From contig MU004199.1 of NCBI GenBank assembly GCA_010093605.1, forward strand, positions 868,001-932,000: DNA of 64,000 bases, given 5' to 3'. The position numbers and the translations under genes are program-made. The first letter of the stretch is position 1. Each line of letters starts with the position of its first letter. Under the pieces are notes generated by a model. It worked only from the letters and a program-made list of their open reading frames with translations. It had not been told where the DNA came from and made no database searches. Shown here piece by piece: positions 37,085-50,391 of the stretch. The stretch comes from Lophium mytilinum. Its lineage: Eukaryota.

Positions 37085-40000
37085 TTGGGGAAGAAGAGTG
37101 ATAGAAAGGTGTGAAGGGGGTGGTGATATTGTGGAGCTTCGTTTCGATGCATTTAGCGTGGATATCGCGGTTTATTGATAGAAACATCTAAGTCAGACCT
37201 GTCCCATCTACATTGACACATCCTCATACAGTTCTCTCATCTCATCGAACCCGCTCCTCTGGTTCCATGTTTTGATTCCCTATTCCTTTGGCCCCGACCT
37301 ACCCGCCCCCTTTCTCCTAGACCCTGGATGACGACCTCTTCGCGCTCGGTGAGCAACACCAAACCTGCCCAAGCCGTCCCACATACGATTCCGTCTCAAC
37401 CGGCTTCGTATCCACTTGTGAACCCGTCTGTGAAGGTGTGTATGAGAAAAGATATAACACAGCTCGCGGGAAATGCTGTAGCTACTACGGGTTATGCCAC
37501 AGCAACGGGATCGTATGCCGCTTTGATATTGGACGGCTGGGAATACTAGGAAGATTTAAGAAAGTACTGTCGGAAACGCGGGCTGCAAATCTATTTTCTC
37601 ATTCCTTTACTCCGTACTGACGAGGCTGATTTTTCGTGACTAGTAAACGTGTGTACCGAGTATTTAGACTACGGTGGGATTTTCTAGTCAAACTGTCGAG
37701 GGCATTTGCGAGCTGCCGGGAAGGCTCTTTGGCCGGGTCTTGCTAAGTCAAGCGGATACGGACGCTTAGCTGTCTGCTGTATTGCATCTGGTTTCGGAGG
37801 AGAGGGACAAGAAGTACAATGAAAAGGCATATAATAACGAATAACCAGTGGTAGCTCGTTGTAATCTTAGATGAATCGTGGATAACATGAGCCATGTGGA
37901 CTTTGGAATGCATGACTGGCAAATTGACATGGAAGGAGAGTACAAAGGTATATTTACGTGATCTGTCACTGCTTCTGCATCGGACCAACATACGAATGAG
38001 AATAAAACGCCATTTACCTTGAAGATAATGTGCTAGTATGAGATATATGTACAGGATAGTAGCACGTTTCTACTAAGGAACTAGTGCCAAAGTAACAGTG
38101 AGAGGCCTGAACAGTAGTTCGCCCGCGTGGCCTGGCCGCTCGGAGATATTCGCAGACTGGGATGCGCAAGCGGGAAGGATCAATTGGATTGACGCCAGCG
38201 GAGGAAGAGTCATGTGGTTAGGTTGTTTCAGCAGTGGGTAGTCAAGGTGTTTTGTGTTCGCATGATGCTGATGGCGTCAGAGGCGGGGTAAATAGAGACA
38301 CCTTGTGCAGCCTGGATGCGCTGGCAACGAGAGTAGAGCGACCTAGTGGAGAGTTGGCACGCTTCGATAGAGGGCGTTTAAGAGTGCAGAGGTATCTTTG
38401 CGAGGTACGTGAACTAATGGTTCCGGCTCTGGAGGCATGAGACGGAGTCATATGGATAGATAATGGTAAATAAGAAGTATCAGCCCACATTCTTGACGGC
38501 GGCAGAGTGCAAGGGACGTTTGGGCCGAGGTGACTTTAAGCCTGCTACTGTGGTGAGCCTTGCTAGGTTGGATCAAGGATCCGCCCTGATAGGGAGCACG
38601 AGCCGGTGAATGACTCTGACTAAGCTGTAACAAATTTTAGAATACCAGCATGACAAGACCACGCACCTGTGACCAACTGATCTCATGAACTTCGGCATCG
38701 AATCTCGAAGCTGGAACTCCCTACGCTATATACAGGTAGGGTTTCTCGAGATACTTAAGCTGATAGTAATGCACAGTTCTGGTCGCTCACCCGGTGCCTG
38801 CTGCTCGGGGTCGCTAGACGTCAGCGTCCTGCAGCGACTCCACTCACTCCATATCTTACACGAAGAAGCGCCTGCTATCGAACGAGGAGATAGGGCATCA
38901 CGCTGCGGATGTTGCAAGGCCAAAGACACGGTTTGGGTCCTCCAGAGCATACCGTCTTCCATGTCTTCCAGACGCCACGAGGCAACGTTCACAGCTCGAA
39001 CCAAAGTTTGAAAACAGGCGACTGTTCGGGCCCCTTATTTTACCGTGGTCTTCTCGGCGAGAGGACAGAATTGCAGCATTCGTCACCGTCAGCTTTCGTC
39101 CGCTCCTCGCAGCAGCCCTTACTACTCCACCCCTGAGCTTGAAGCCCACATCTCAAGTCGCCGGCGTCTTTACCATAGTATGCAACAACATCAGCACCAA
39201 CACCACACCCGCAGAAGATGCTCGCTGTCGGCAAGGAGGCCAGAGCCGCTGCCGGGTGCCGGGCCCGTTGCTGCGCCCCGTTCGTGACCGGCCTGCAGCG
39301 TATCAACGATCACCATGGGCCCGGGCTGCTGCTGAGCGTGGTAGCGTGCATGCGGCACAATCTCCAGCACTCACCATTCGACGGCGCGCGCCAGCCCCTC
39401 GATTATGACCTCAAAATCCAGCTCGCAGCGTTGCATCCTCTTAATCACCATCAGTGCCATGCTTCCCGCACTCTCCAGCACCTCGCGACGCGGCCATGAC
39501 GGCACCCTGCTGCACCTCGCACCCCGTCTGCGTGCTCGATGCCGACTCGGGGCGTCGCTTGCTTGGGGCGCGCAGCCTCGGACGATGCAGATGCTGGAGC
39601 ACCCGGCTGTTCGTCTCTCTCTCAGCTAACAGCGGCCTAGCGCACGTGACTAACTGGCCTTGGCAGCTCATCTGAATGCATTCTAGCGTCCTCGCTGCCG
39701 TCTCCTCCCTCAGTTCTCACCTGGGCTCTCTCGCAGTCCTGCACCCACTCTCTCCCTACAGACCCTCCCAATCCCACCGTCGCAGTCGCGCAGCTACAGA
39801 CAGCAGCGCTGTGCTCGTTGCCCCTTCTTCTCTTGCCGCCTTTCGCCCCCCTTGTCTGTTTGCAGTCGCTGAAAGGTCTCGTTGAGAAGCCACCGCCGCC
39901 GAACCTCCTCGCCCTCCTGCCCACGACCTCAACACCACCGGCAGCAGCACTGCGACACGCTTCCAACGACTTCTAATGATAGCTGCTCTAACAAATCCAC

Positions 40001-40286
40001 ACTTTGAACCGTTCCGGCCCTTATCGACCGCCTCAACACCTGCTGCCGATCGCCTCTCCTCTGGCGCCCGCCACCCTCCCTTGGACGACGCCATTGCACA
40101 AAGCTCGCAGCCGCTCAATCCATCGCTCGACACCCGCGACTAGGCCATCGGACTCGACTGCGGTCGAGATCCGTCACTGTGTCCTTGCTGTGCGCGCGAC
40201 GGCCGTCATGCGATCCAAACCAAGAAAACTCTGAGCTGCGACACCATACCAACCCACCTCATTCTCTTACAACCGTCTGGCGTATT

Positions 40287-43200
40287 ATGACAGACATCCC
40301 GTCGCTCAAGACGCATGCTGAGTCTCAGCTCGCCTCCATCCCGCCGTTTGGGGGCGCGCCGACCGTCCCGTACGCCAACGGCTCACCTGCCCTGGACGGC
40401 CCCGTTGACGATGAAGAGTCCTCCACCATCAAGTGCATCTGCCGCTTTCCAGACGACGACGGCTCTACCGTCCTGTGCGAAAAGTGCGACACGTGGCAGC
40501 ACATAGTCTGCTACTACGAGAGCCGCGACGTGCCCGACGTCCATGAGTGCGCCGACTGTTCACCCCGACAGCTCGACTCGAAACGGGCGGCAGATGTACA
40601 GCGACAGCTTCGGGAGGTTCACAATGCCGGCGAACGCAAGGGCAGACCCAAAACTGCAACAAAGAGCCACAAGAAGAAGATTAAGGATGCACCAGGCGCA
40701 GTCCAGACAAACGGATGGGGCATCCACACCAACACCGACATACACTATGTCGCGACTCGGAAGAGCGAAAGCCCTCGGGACCTCCCTCCACCGGCGAAAC
40801 GACCCAAGACGGGCCACAGAGCCTCTGGGTCTGTCAACGTTCTCAGCCAAACACCCAATTTCGCACCCACTGTTCGGAAACGGGCTAGCTCGACCATGTA
40901 CAACGGCCATCAGAGCCCCGTCAAGTCACCAACCTCTCCCCAAACTAACGGCTACGCGATAGAAGAGTTTTCGCCCGAATTCCTTCGCCTTTATCGACAG
41001 CCCGAGCCTCAACCTATCCCTTCGAATTCATACGCAGACATCAGGATCACCGACGAAATCTTCACATGGCTCAAGGATCGCGAAAAGCTTGCAGAGGCCA
41101 CAAACGGTATGGAACCTGGCCAAGTCTTCCAAAGAGTCGAGAAGTCGATCGAGGAACTAGACGAACTGGCGCCGGTGATCACCAAACGGACGGAAGAAGA
41201 CCCCAACATTGTCGCACATGGCCTTCATCCGAAGTGGGAGTTCCTGACTGTCGAGTCGCCTGTAGCCACGGGCAGCTACATTGGGGAGCTGAAGGGCCAG
41301 ATTGGAAAGAAGGTTGAATATAAGGATGACCCTTCTAATCGTTGGGAGTTACTGCAACATCCGGAGCCTTTCGTGTTCTTCCCCCCTCATTTACCCATCT
41401 ACATCGACGCTCGACGCGAAGGCACCATCCTACGATATACAAGACGAAGCTGCAATCCAAACATGACGATCAAGATCTTCACACAAAGCCCAGAACTCGG
41501 CTGCCACTTCTGCTTCATTGCGATAGACGACATCCAACCTGGAGAGGAACTGACCATCGGTTGGGACTTAAGTCCTGAGATCCGACAACTGCTCTCGAAC
41601 TCTGTGACGAACGGAGATCTACGAAAGGAGGGTTTCAAAAAGGTTGAGCAGTTCGCAAATTGGGTTGCTTGCGTGCTCGCAAACTTTGGCGGATGCGCTT
41701 GCGATCCGCAGGCTCCGCACAAGGGCAGGGAGTGCCTTCTAGAACGCGCCCGTCCTACTACAACCCAGTCAGAATCTGTCCTCAACCTGCACAAACCCAC
41801 TAAAGGAAGACGATCGAAAAAGAACCAAATATCGCCGTTGAGCACCGGCCACGCTGTCAATAGCCGCGCCAACAGCGAAGCGTTCCACCGTGATGCGCAC
41901 GATGATGACCACGCCGACTTGCGCTCGACGTCTGGTTCCACTCGAAGTAAACAGGGCAGCCGCGACAATACACCTGGCACACATTTCTCGCTCGATGGTG
42001 TTGACATCAAGAATTCCGACCGTGAAAAGCGAAAAATCCAGCAGCAGGAACGACTTTTTGAACAACTGGAGTACGACGAACAACACGGGGGCAAGCGGCG
42101 GAAACGGCATAGCGGTGGGTCGACCCTGAATACACCCACCGTTGGCAGTGTAGTAAGTTCTCGCTTCCCGACGATCTCGAACTCTTACGTGTTCGGCGCT
42201 AATCCTGAGACACAGAAGCATCTTGGCCATCCCGATCCCTTCCCTCCCACAACCTCCAACCACAAACAACGCACCCCAAACGGCTGCAACACTCGCAAAT
42301 CCGTCGGCATCAATGGAAGTCGTGGTTCTTCGAGCAAGACGACCGGTGGTTCGATGCAGTCACCCAAGCCGCGACCGGTGTACGCTGATGCCTCGACGCA
42401 AACCGAGCGCACGAATCATTCGAGTCCACCGATGTCGCCGGCATTGATTCAACCCCCGTCGCAACCCCCAATATCATTTAAAAGGAAGCTTCTTCTGCAA
42501 GCGAAAGAGGAGAGGTTGCAGCGCGAGAAACGTCGGTCGGTTAAGAGAGAGGTCGAATCGCCGGCTCTGCGAGATGTCATCGAGAGCAAACCTATAGAGG
42601 CCCCTGCTGCATCGCCTTCGCATCTTGGACCAGACCCGGATGGTGCCGACTGGAATGGCCTCGACACGTCTCAAGATGGCCCACAATTTAAGGACACAGC
42701 TACAACTGCGGCATTTGGACAGTCGGCAGAACCGGTACCAGCACCAGGCTCTGTGGAACAGGAGGATGTGGAAATGAAGGACTCCATACCGTTGCCTGCC
42801 AACGACGAGGGTGCTTCGACGCCGTCAAAAGTAAATGAGCCCGAAGGTCCCATACCACCTCCCCCGCCGTGGCCATCTGCATCATCTCACACACATACAA
42901 CCCCTGCGCAACTTCAACGGCCTGCTGATCTTGCTATTCAACTTCCTCCTACTCCTGATTTCTCATCAAACACCCCTACTCTCGCTACTCCGTCGGTTGT
43001 CACCCCGGGCTCTGTCAACAGCGTAATAACGGGCGGCTTGCTTGCGCAGTCTCCATCCGCACTGGCACCTCCCGCACCTTTCGCCTCTCCTTCGATATCT
43101 AGCGCTGTTGCGGGGCCAACGCGTAAGAAGTTCAGCTTGAGCGATTACATGAGTAGGAAGAAGAAACTTGACCAGGGCACTCAATCGTCCGGCCAGTCTT

Positions 43201-43415
43201 CTGGAAGCCCTCCTAACCCCATGGATATCTCATCGACTGAGCCGGAGCCTTCGCAGATTCACATGGCGCCGTCTGAGGTGGCCATGAAAGTTGAAGCTGA
43301 GGCCGAGTCAGAGAAGCTTGCTTCGCACCCTCACACGGCACCGTCGGAGGCGGGCCCGCAAGTTGAGACTGACCTGGATAAGCTAGCTACGACTGATGCC
43401 ATGGACGAAAGCTGA
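40287..43415 (+). CDS. SET3: PHD finger and SET domain chromatin protein (Set3/Set4-like)
   Basis: PHD CICRFPDDDGSTVLCEKCDTWQHIVCY...HECADC. Divergent SET with IGELKG, YIDARREG, RRSCNPN and IQPGEELTIGWD. Long disordered C-terminus ending KKFSLSDY. Probable in-frame intron at about 42153-42215. Confidence 0.88.
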   Translation: MTDIPSLKTHAESQLASIPPFGGAPTVPYANGSPALDGPVDDEESSTIKCICRFPDDDGSTVLCEKCDTWQHIVCYYESRDVPDVHECADCSPRQLDSKRAADVQRQLREVHNAGERKGRPKTATKSHKKKIKDAPGAVQTNGWGIHTNTDIHYVATRKSESPRDLPPPAKRPKTGHRASGSVNVLSQTPNFAPTVRKRASSTMYNGHQSPVKSPTSPQTNGYAIEEFSPEFLRLYRQPEPQPIPSNSYADIRITDEIFTWLKDREKLAEATNGMEPGQVFQRVEKSIEELDELAPVITKRTEEDPNIVAHGLHPKWEFLTVESPVATGSYIGELKGQIGKKVEYKDDPSNRWELLQHPEPFVFFPPHLPIYIDARREGTILRYTRRSCNPNMTIKIFTQSPELGCHFCFIAIDDIQPGEELTIGWDLSPEIRQLLSNSVTNGDLRKEGFKKVEQFANWVACVLANFGGCACDPQAPHKGRECLLERARPTTTQSESVLNLHKPTKGRRSKKNQISPLSTGHAVNSRANSEAFHRDAHDDDHADLRSTSGSTRSKQGSRDNTPGTHFSLDGVDIKNSDREKRKIQQQERLFEQLEYDEQHGGKRRKRHSGGSTLNTPTVGSVVSSRFPTISNSYVFGANPETQKHLGHPDPFPPTTSNHKQRTPNGCNTRKSVGINGSRGSSSKTTGGSMQSPKPRPVYADASTQTERTNHSSPPMSPALIQPPSQPPISFKRKLLLQAKEERLQREKRRSVKREVESPALRDVIESKPIEAPAASPSHLGPDPDGADWNGLDTSQDGPQFKDTATTAAFGQSAEPVPAPGSVEQEDVEMKDSIPLPANDEGASTPSKVNEPEGPIPPPPPWPSASSHTHTTPAQLQRPADLAIQLPPTPDFSSNTPTLATPSVVTPGSVNSVITGGLLAQSPSALAPPAPFASPSISSAVAGPTRKKFSLSDYMSRKKKLDQGTQSSGQSSGSPPNPMDISSTEPEPSQIHMAPSEVAMKVEAEAESEKLASHPHTAPSEAGPQVETDLDKLATTDAMDES

Positions 43416-44436
43416 CGATGACTTCTCCCCTCCTCTCACCCACGGGGAAGCGCTGCGCACGACCCCATGCACGCTCACGCCTTCATGTACTATAATTACG
43501 AGCGGTTTTGTTTTGGCCCACGAATTGGGGACCTTCCCTCCTTTTTCTTCTCTTCCTTTTGTCCACTTTAATGCTGAGTTGCGGTTGCACTCACTATGGC
43601 GAACGACCCGGATACATCATCTTAGGGTCTACGGGGGGTATTTTGGGAGGAAATCAAGGCGTACTCGAGGCGTTTTCCTAACCTATGGCGGAAAACTTGG
43701 ACCCGTGGAGGGTTAGATATCAAGCCGGGTTTCTGGACTAGGTAGTCGATGAAGTATGTTGTGTTGTTGTGCGATTAATGTGCCGTTGATATGAGTGACG
43801 TGGATGTGCAAGGAGTCTCCGTGCCTTACTTGTTAGAAGTGAAGGCCAGATCGCTCGACAGAGGAAGTCTTGAAGAAAATGTCAAAGAAAATGTGAAATT
43901 TGACGAACTGTACAGTTGTTAATAAGACTTCCAAGCGATTTGATTCACCAAGATATGCACAAGTGACTAGGTTTCGTACCAAAGCAAACGATAGGATACT
44001 TGCTAAACTCATCATACGGATTTTATAAGTACGCTAGCTTTCATACGATTTATATGAGACTTACGTATATGTTTGAGCCTATCACCCATATATGTCTATC
44101 TTGTGATTGGAGTTGCGGAGTCAAAGGAGTCAACCCCGAAGGCCGTGCCTACCCTCAATACCCTTGTATGCTACAAGGATACTTGTCCTATGTACTAAAA
44201 GGCCCTAGCGGGGTAGCGGCGGTGAGATTCCAACGTCGATGATATTTCTCCCTTCCTCTCTATGCTTACTACTGCAGGCAACGTTCCCACGACTTATCAC
44301 ACGTTTGTCTCAATGCACATCCAGCCCAACTCAATCCCTCCGCGTTTGCTGCTTTGTTCATGGTGGAAGGGAGGTCCGTTTGTTATATGTTGAATTGCGT
44401 CGTCACCCTCCCTCGCCTCAATTCAATCCGATCCCA

Positions 44437-47400
44437 ATGGCGGACTACCAAGTACCGCTGGCATATAATGCCACACCGCATACTTACGTAGCGGAGGCCT
44501 CATCGCGATGTTCGATATGGGTAAGCTGAGTATGAAATATGTGTATGCGTCTGTAATTTCTAATTCGGAATCAATGAAGGATCCTCAAAGAGCACGCTTC
44601 AATATCTGCTTCCTTCCCGTCGTCTCCGCGATACCGGCAGTGGTAGCACTGCTGATCGTTTTTGCGTATTGCATTTCTCAATTCCGCGTGTCTCGGCCAA
44701 AATGGACGAAGGCATTTATTGCGGAAGTCAAGGAAGACGCCGATGAGCTGGAGGTGCCCAGCAGACGCCTAAGCTTTTGGACTTGGTGCCTTATGGTACT
44801 ATCATGCGTAGGGTTCGCGATGTCAATCACGACGGTGTTCTATCCCTATCGTCGCGTGACGGCGACCTATTCAGTTCTCGCATGGGTACGTAGGTCCCCG
44901 ACATGCTCGTCTATGGCTGACAGATTAGACAGGCCATTTCTTTGGCAATGGTTGTATTGAAGCGCCCGAACACTGCTCCTATACCATTACTCGTTCTCTG
45001 GCTTGCTCTATTTGTTGCCGATTGCATCACGCTAACCCGCACTCACACCACTCTAGCTGGCGAAGACGCCCCCACCATCGTCGGGGCTGTGGCCGCGCTT
45101 GCGGGGATGATTGTAATTCTTTGTATGCCACTGCGCGACTCTGAACTGCCCAACGAGGAGATCAGCACTGTGTTTACGCCACCAATTTCAACTCTACGCA
45201 CCCCAGAAGATAACCTGACGCCCTGGCAGTGGATGTCGGTATCCTGGATGGCTCCTCTCGTCTCATTGGGCTCAAAACGACAGATTCACGATGAAGACGT
45301 TTGGGATCTGGGGTACGAGTTCAAGCATAGACGACTCCATGATGTGTTCCGGGAGCTGCGAGGGTCGGTGATCAGGCGATTACTGAAAGCGAACGGACTG
45401 GACCTTGCCATTACCACTCTTCTAAGCATTGTTGAGCTTTTCGCAAACCTTGCGGCGCCGGTGTTGTTGCAGCAACTTCTCCGGTCGATGGAAGACCGTG
45501 ATGCGCCCAGGAGCGCGGCGATCACGTTTGCTGCTTTATCGCTCATCGTTCGTTTAGTGGCAAGCCAGTCGTCGGTGTTTAATCTGTGGTTCTGTAGGCG
45601 CGCGTATGAGCGATCGAGGGGAGAGATGATTACGATGCTCTATGAGAAGACGCTGAATCGGAAGATTGTATCTGCTCGGCCTACGGACGTGTGGGAGGAG
45701 AGCTCTAATGGGAATGGCCTTACACACAGCCAGTCAAATGGCGAAACGAACGGGAGCTCTAATCACAAGAGTACCAAGACTAGATATTCAAGGATGTTAT
45801 GGAATAAGATGTCTCATTTTGTCTCATTACCATTTCGATGGGTCAACGTCGGGAAGGCTCCTGAAGTGGTTAAGGAACCGGCCTCGATGGGCAAGATCTT
45901 GAATCTGATGAGGTTAGTTTCTTGTCTACTAATTGCCGAACTCGAAACTCACTAGTAATCTAGGAACGATGTATATGAGGTGGCACAGAGGTAATTCACA
46001 ATCATTATTTCTTGAGCTATGCTGATAAACCTTAGGTTCTGGGAGTTCCCTAATCTTATCACAAAGCCACTCGGCATGGTTTTATCGATTGTTCTCGTCT
46101 GGAGAATTCTTGGATGGCCATGTCTCCTCGGAATGCTGACAGTCATACTCGCCCAGGTCATCAATGCCTTCATTGCCCGCGCTATCATACGCTGGGAGCG
46201 GAAGCGCAGAATTGCAACCGATGGAAAACTCCAAAAGATATCTCAATTCGTTGAAGCAATCCGCCATCTCCGCTGGTATGGATGGCAGGACACATGGCTT
46301 ACCGAAATTATGGAAGCAAGACAGCATGAGTTGAATCTCCGAATCGTAACGGGAGTCCTTCGTCTCTTTATTTACTATTTCAATTCTCTCGCAAGCGGTC
46401 TCTTCCCCGTGGTCGCGTTTGCCGCTTTCACGACGTTAGCGGGTCAACCGTTGCGAGTAGATATCGCATTTCCAGCTCTCAATCTTTTCACCATGCTGGA
46501 AGAAAACCTGCGCGAGATTCCAAATTTGATAACGGTCTTATTGAACGCGGCCGTTGCAGTCGATCGAATCGAGGCCTTCATGAGCGAGCCGGACAAGGAG
46601 CATTTTGAGACGCCGCCGACCACCACTACACAGCTGGAATTGAAGAATGCTTCTTTTGCATGGCCTGGTGCCGATGAAGATACATTGCACGATGTGTCGC
46701 TCTCCTTTCCACCGGGATTGACAATAGTCTATGGAGAAGTCGCGTCAGGAAAGACAGCATTGTTACAAGCCCTCCTTGGCGAACTGGATAAAACAGGAGG
46801 CGATATTACCCGGCCAGACGAGATGATTGGATATTGCGCGCAGACTCCTTGGCTACAAAGCATGAGTATTCGCGAAAACATTCTCTTCTCCTCGCCCTAC
46901 GAAGTGGCTCGATATAAAGAGGTTCTGGATGCTTGCGCTCTGCTAGCCGATATGGCGAATTTTAAGGATGGAGATCTTTCAAACGTTGGAGAGAACGGTG
47001 TAGGCCTATCAGGAGGACAGAAAGCGCGCGTGGCGTTGGCAAGAGCGGTGTATAGTAGGTCTCGGATTTTGTTTCTCGACGACCCGATCTCTGCTCTTGA
47101 CCATCAAACCGCCGAAAAAATCGTTCAAAAGTGTCTTTCTGGCCCGTTAATGAAAGACCGGACTATAGTCCTAGTGACTCACCGCACGGAACTATGCCAT
47201 GGTCTTGCGAAACAATGGGTGGAAATGTCGGAAGGGAAAGCAACTTTGTCGGATCACTTTACAGAGTCAGCGAATACCCTGCATAAGGTCAAATCCCCGG
47301 AAGCTCTAGACGAGGCTGAAGTCAAGAGACGAGAAGAGGAACAGCTTGCTGCAATCCCTGACAAGTTTATCGAGGAAGAGCATCGAGCGCATGGCGGAGT

Positions 47401-49257
47401 CCAAGCGCACGTCTACTGGCAGTATATCAAGGGCGGGAAACTGAAATGGTGGTTCATTTTGGTTGTCACCATGTCATCATATCGCGTTCTCGATCTCGCA
47501 AATACCTGGTTCATCAAAGCTTGGGGTGAGCGATACGACCAAGTCAAACAACAAGGCCTATCCGGTATTTACGATGGCCTCCCGCAGCCGGAGGATAACA
47601 TCATTCCATGGCTCGTTGTGTTCACGTTGATCCAGTTCACCATTTCTTTCTTCTTGGTCCTCACTCAAGGAATCATGCAGATCATCACCTACTTTACGGG
47701 GAAGCGGCTGTTCAGGGACGTCATGGACCGCGTAGCGCACGCATCCTTCCGTTTCTACGATATCACTCCTGTCGGCCGCCTTATGAATAGGCTCACGTCT
47801 GATATCAACACGATTGATGGGAACATTAGTGTTGGGTTTGCATCCGCGGCTTGGTCTACTATCTCTTGGATTACCTCGCTTTGCATCATTGCGTCGGTTA
47901 CTCCGGTGTTTCTCGTGTTTTCTTTGGCTCTTGCGGCGGCTTTTGTGCTCATTTTTAGACGCTTCCTTCCTACATCGCAAAGCTTGCGGCGCCTCGAGGT
48001 ATGTATGCCCGATCTCTGCTAAAGTTTGACACGCTGACAGAGTCCCAGATGGTATCTCTAAGCCCGCTCATGTCCAATTTCGGTGCTCTATTAGATGGTT
48101 TGACGACAGTCAGAGGTAAGACAATACATTTTAGCTACTCCATTGACGATTCTAACAAGACTTCTAGCGTTCTCTGCTCAGCATAGATTTCAAGAGCGTG
48201 TCATTGAAGTTACGGATAAGTTTCAGAAAATGGATCATTTCTATTGGAGTCTCCAAGCCTGGTTGACATATCGATTCGACACCCTCTCTGCATTCGCCAC
48301 CCTCATTCTTACCTTACTAGCCATCTACACCAACGTAACCCCCGGCCTAACCGCCTTCGTCCTCATCGCCGCCTCAAAATGTGCGTAACCCCAACCTCCC
48401 CCATCCCCCCATCCTAACACCCCCCAGTCGTCCTCTCAACCCACATCCTCTGCAAACAATACGGCGCCCTCCAAATGGACTTCGTCTCCGTCGAGCGCGT
48501 CGTCGAGCTCCTCTCCCTCGAAACCGAACCCCCCGGCACCGTCCACCCCCCGGCCTGGTGGCCCTCCCTCACCGGCGACATCGTCTTCGAAAACGTCACC
48601 GCCCGCTACGCGCCCCACCTCGACCCCTGCCTCACCGACATTTCCCTCCGCATCCCCGCCGGCTCCAACACCGCCATCATTGGCCGCACCGGCTCGGGGA
48701 AATCAACCCTCGCCCTCTCCCTCCTCGCGACCATCACGCCGGAAAGCGGCCGCATCTTGATTGATGACGTGGATTTAGCGACGGTTGATAAACATAAGCT
48801 GCGCCAACGCGTCACCTTCCTCGCGCAGGACCCCGTGCTCTTCCCCGGGAGCATGCGGGCGAACCTCGACCCGCTGTCCGAATACTCGGACACGGCGTGC
48901 GCGGGCGTGCTGGCGAAGATCGCGGGGCGCCACGGGTGGACGCTCGATATGACGATTGATGCTGGCGGGCGCGGGCTGAGTCAGGGACAGCGGCAGCTGG
49001 TGGGGCTGGCGCGGGCGATGTTGAGAAGGAGTAGCGTGGTGATTCTGGATGAGGCGACGGCGAGTATTGATGTGGAGACGGCGCAGCGGATTCAGCAGGT
49101 TTTGAGGGAGGAGATGAGGGGGAGTACGGTGATTACGATTGCGCATCGGTTGGAGGCGGTTAGGGGGGCGGATTTTTGTGTGGTGTTGGGGAGGGGGAGG
49201 GTGGTGAAAGCGGGAGCGGCGCGGGAAATGGGGGAGGTTGGGGGGCTGTTGGGGTAG
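44437..49257 (+). CDS. Full-length ABCC/MRP-type ABC transporter
   Basis: NBD1: [31 protein letters not shown]2: [30 protein letters not shown]. TMDs include [13 protein letters not shown]. About eight introns. Confidence 0.95.
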
Positions 49258-49319
49258 AGAGGCGGGTAGACGGGGAGGGTGTTGGGGTTTGTATGTAGGG
49301 AGATTGCTACGTGATTGGG

Positions 49320-50000
49320 ATGTGGGTTGTAGATAAGGGAGATCTCTGAAATAAGTAGGTTGTAGGTATGAAAATTTCCATGGTTCTCTTCGTAAGCTCC
49401 TTGAAGTCACGACGAGGTTTGGCACATGACTATCGCACTATGTGGGCACGTGCCTTGCTGGCCGTGTTGGACTGCGTGGGGGGAAATATCGAATTTGTAC
49501 GTAGGGAAACCCCCGACATGGTTTGTAAGTTGAGAATCTCTATTTTTCTTGTCATCTGCCCTTTCGGAGTTGCGACGAGGTTTGGGTATGAATGTCACGC
49601 TGCTTGGGCAAGCACTTTGCTAGCCGTAACAACCTTTTGGGGGGGAGATATTGGGCGTATTCATGGCGGTCACGACGCGATATGAAGGTGGTTTGTGAGT
49701 AGAGAAATCTCCGAGATGGTTTGCAAGCTACCAGTTTCTATGGTTTCGTATTATTTGCTCCCTCGGAGTTGCGTCTAGGCTGAAGCATATGAATATCACA
49801 CCGTCTGGGCACGCGGGCGGAGGTTTGAGGTTTGTACGTCTGAGGAATAGCACGCAATTGAAATGCAATTGTAGGTAGGGCAATCTCCGACATAGTTTCT
49901 AAGTATAAGAAGCTCCATAATGTTCTTACCGTCAGTATTTCAAAAGCCGCGTTAAGATTTTGGCACATGAATATCAGCACCTGCTAGCCATGCTGATTGG
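49320..50000. repeat. Degenerate tandem array, about 4 units of ~165-200 bp
   Basis: Recurring blocks (TTGTA..TAGGG.AA.CYCCGA.ATRGTTT..AAG, GGAGTTGCG, GGTTTGGCACATGAATATC, TGGGCA, GCTRGCCRT) in the same order starting near 49327, 49495, 49692 and 49868. Confidence 0.65.
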
Positions 50001-50391
50001 GAAGTTCTTTTCTTGATTCAGAGATGAAAAGCGCTTAGGGAGAGGGTCTGTCGGTGGGGATGGAACCCTAATCTCCACTATATTGAAGGTTTCAATATGG
50101 GTCAAGAGTCTTATATACCGTTTGGTACACCCCAGCGACGACAAATCTACATACACAGGCTGGCTACGTCTTCGCGAGGTATTGTAGAAAGCCATATTAA
50201 TAAGGCATCTTATTTCATTCACTGTATAGTCTCACACCTAAAACGCATATGTGCGGCCCGCTGTTGTCTGCACTGGCCCGGCCTCCAATATTTAAGGGCC
50301 TTCCCTACTTGCCGTTTGTTCCTTTCACAGCTCTTCATCCACACGACCAATTTATTAACACCCATAGCGAGTTAAGTATTATTGTAGCAAC

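Noticed and set aside
37200..40280. Many short GC-rich ORFs upstream of the SET3-like gene
   Set aside because: No domain signatures. More consistent with a long promoter/5' UTR, and uORF function cannot be supported from sequence alone.
31650..49425. Long antisense ORFs over TIF35, SET3-like and ABCC genes
   Set aside because: Shadows of GC-biased coding sequence on the opposite strand.
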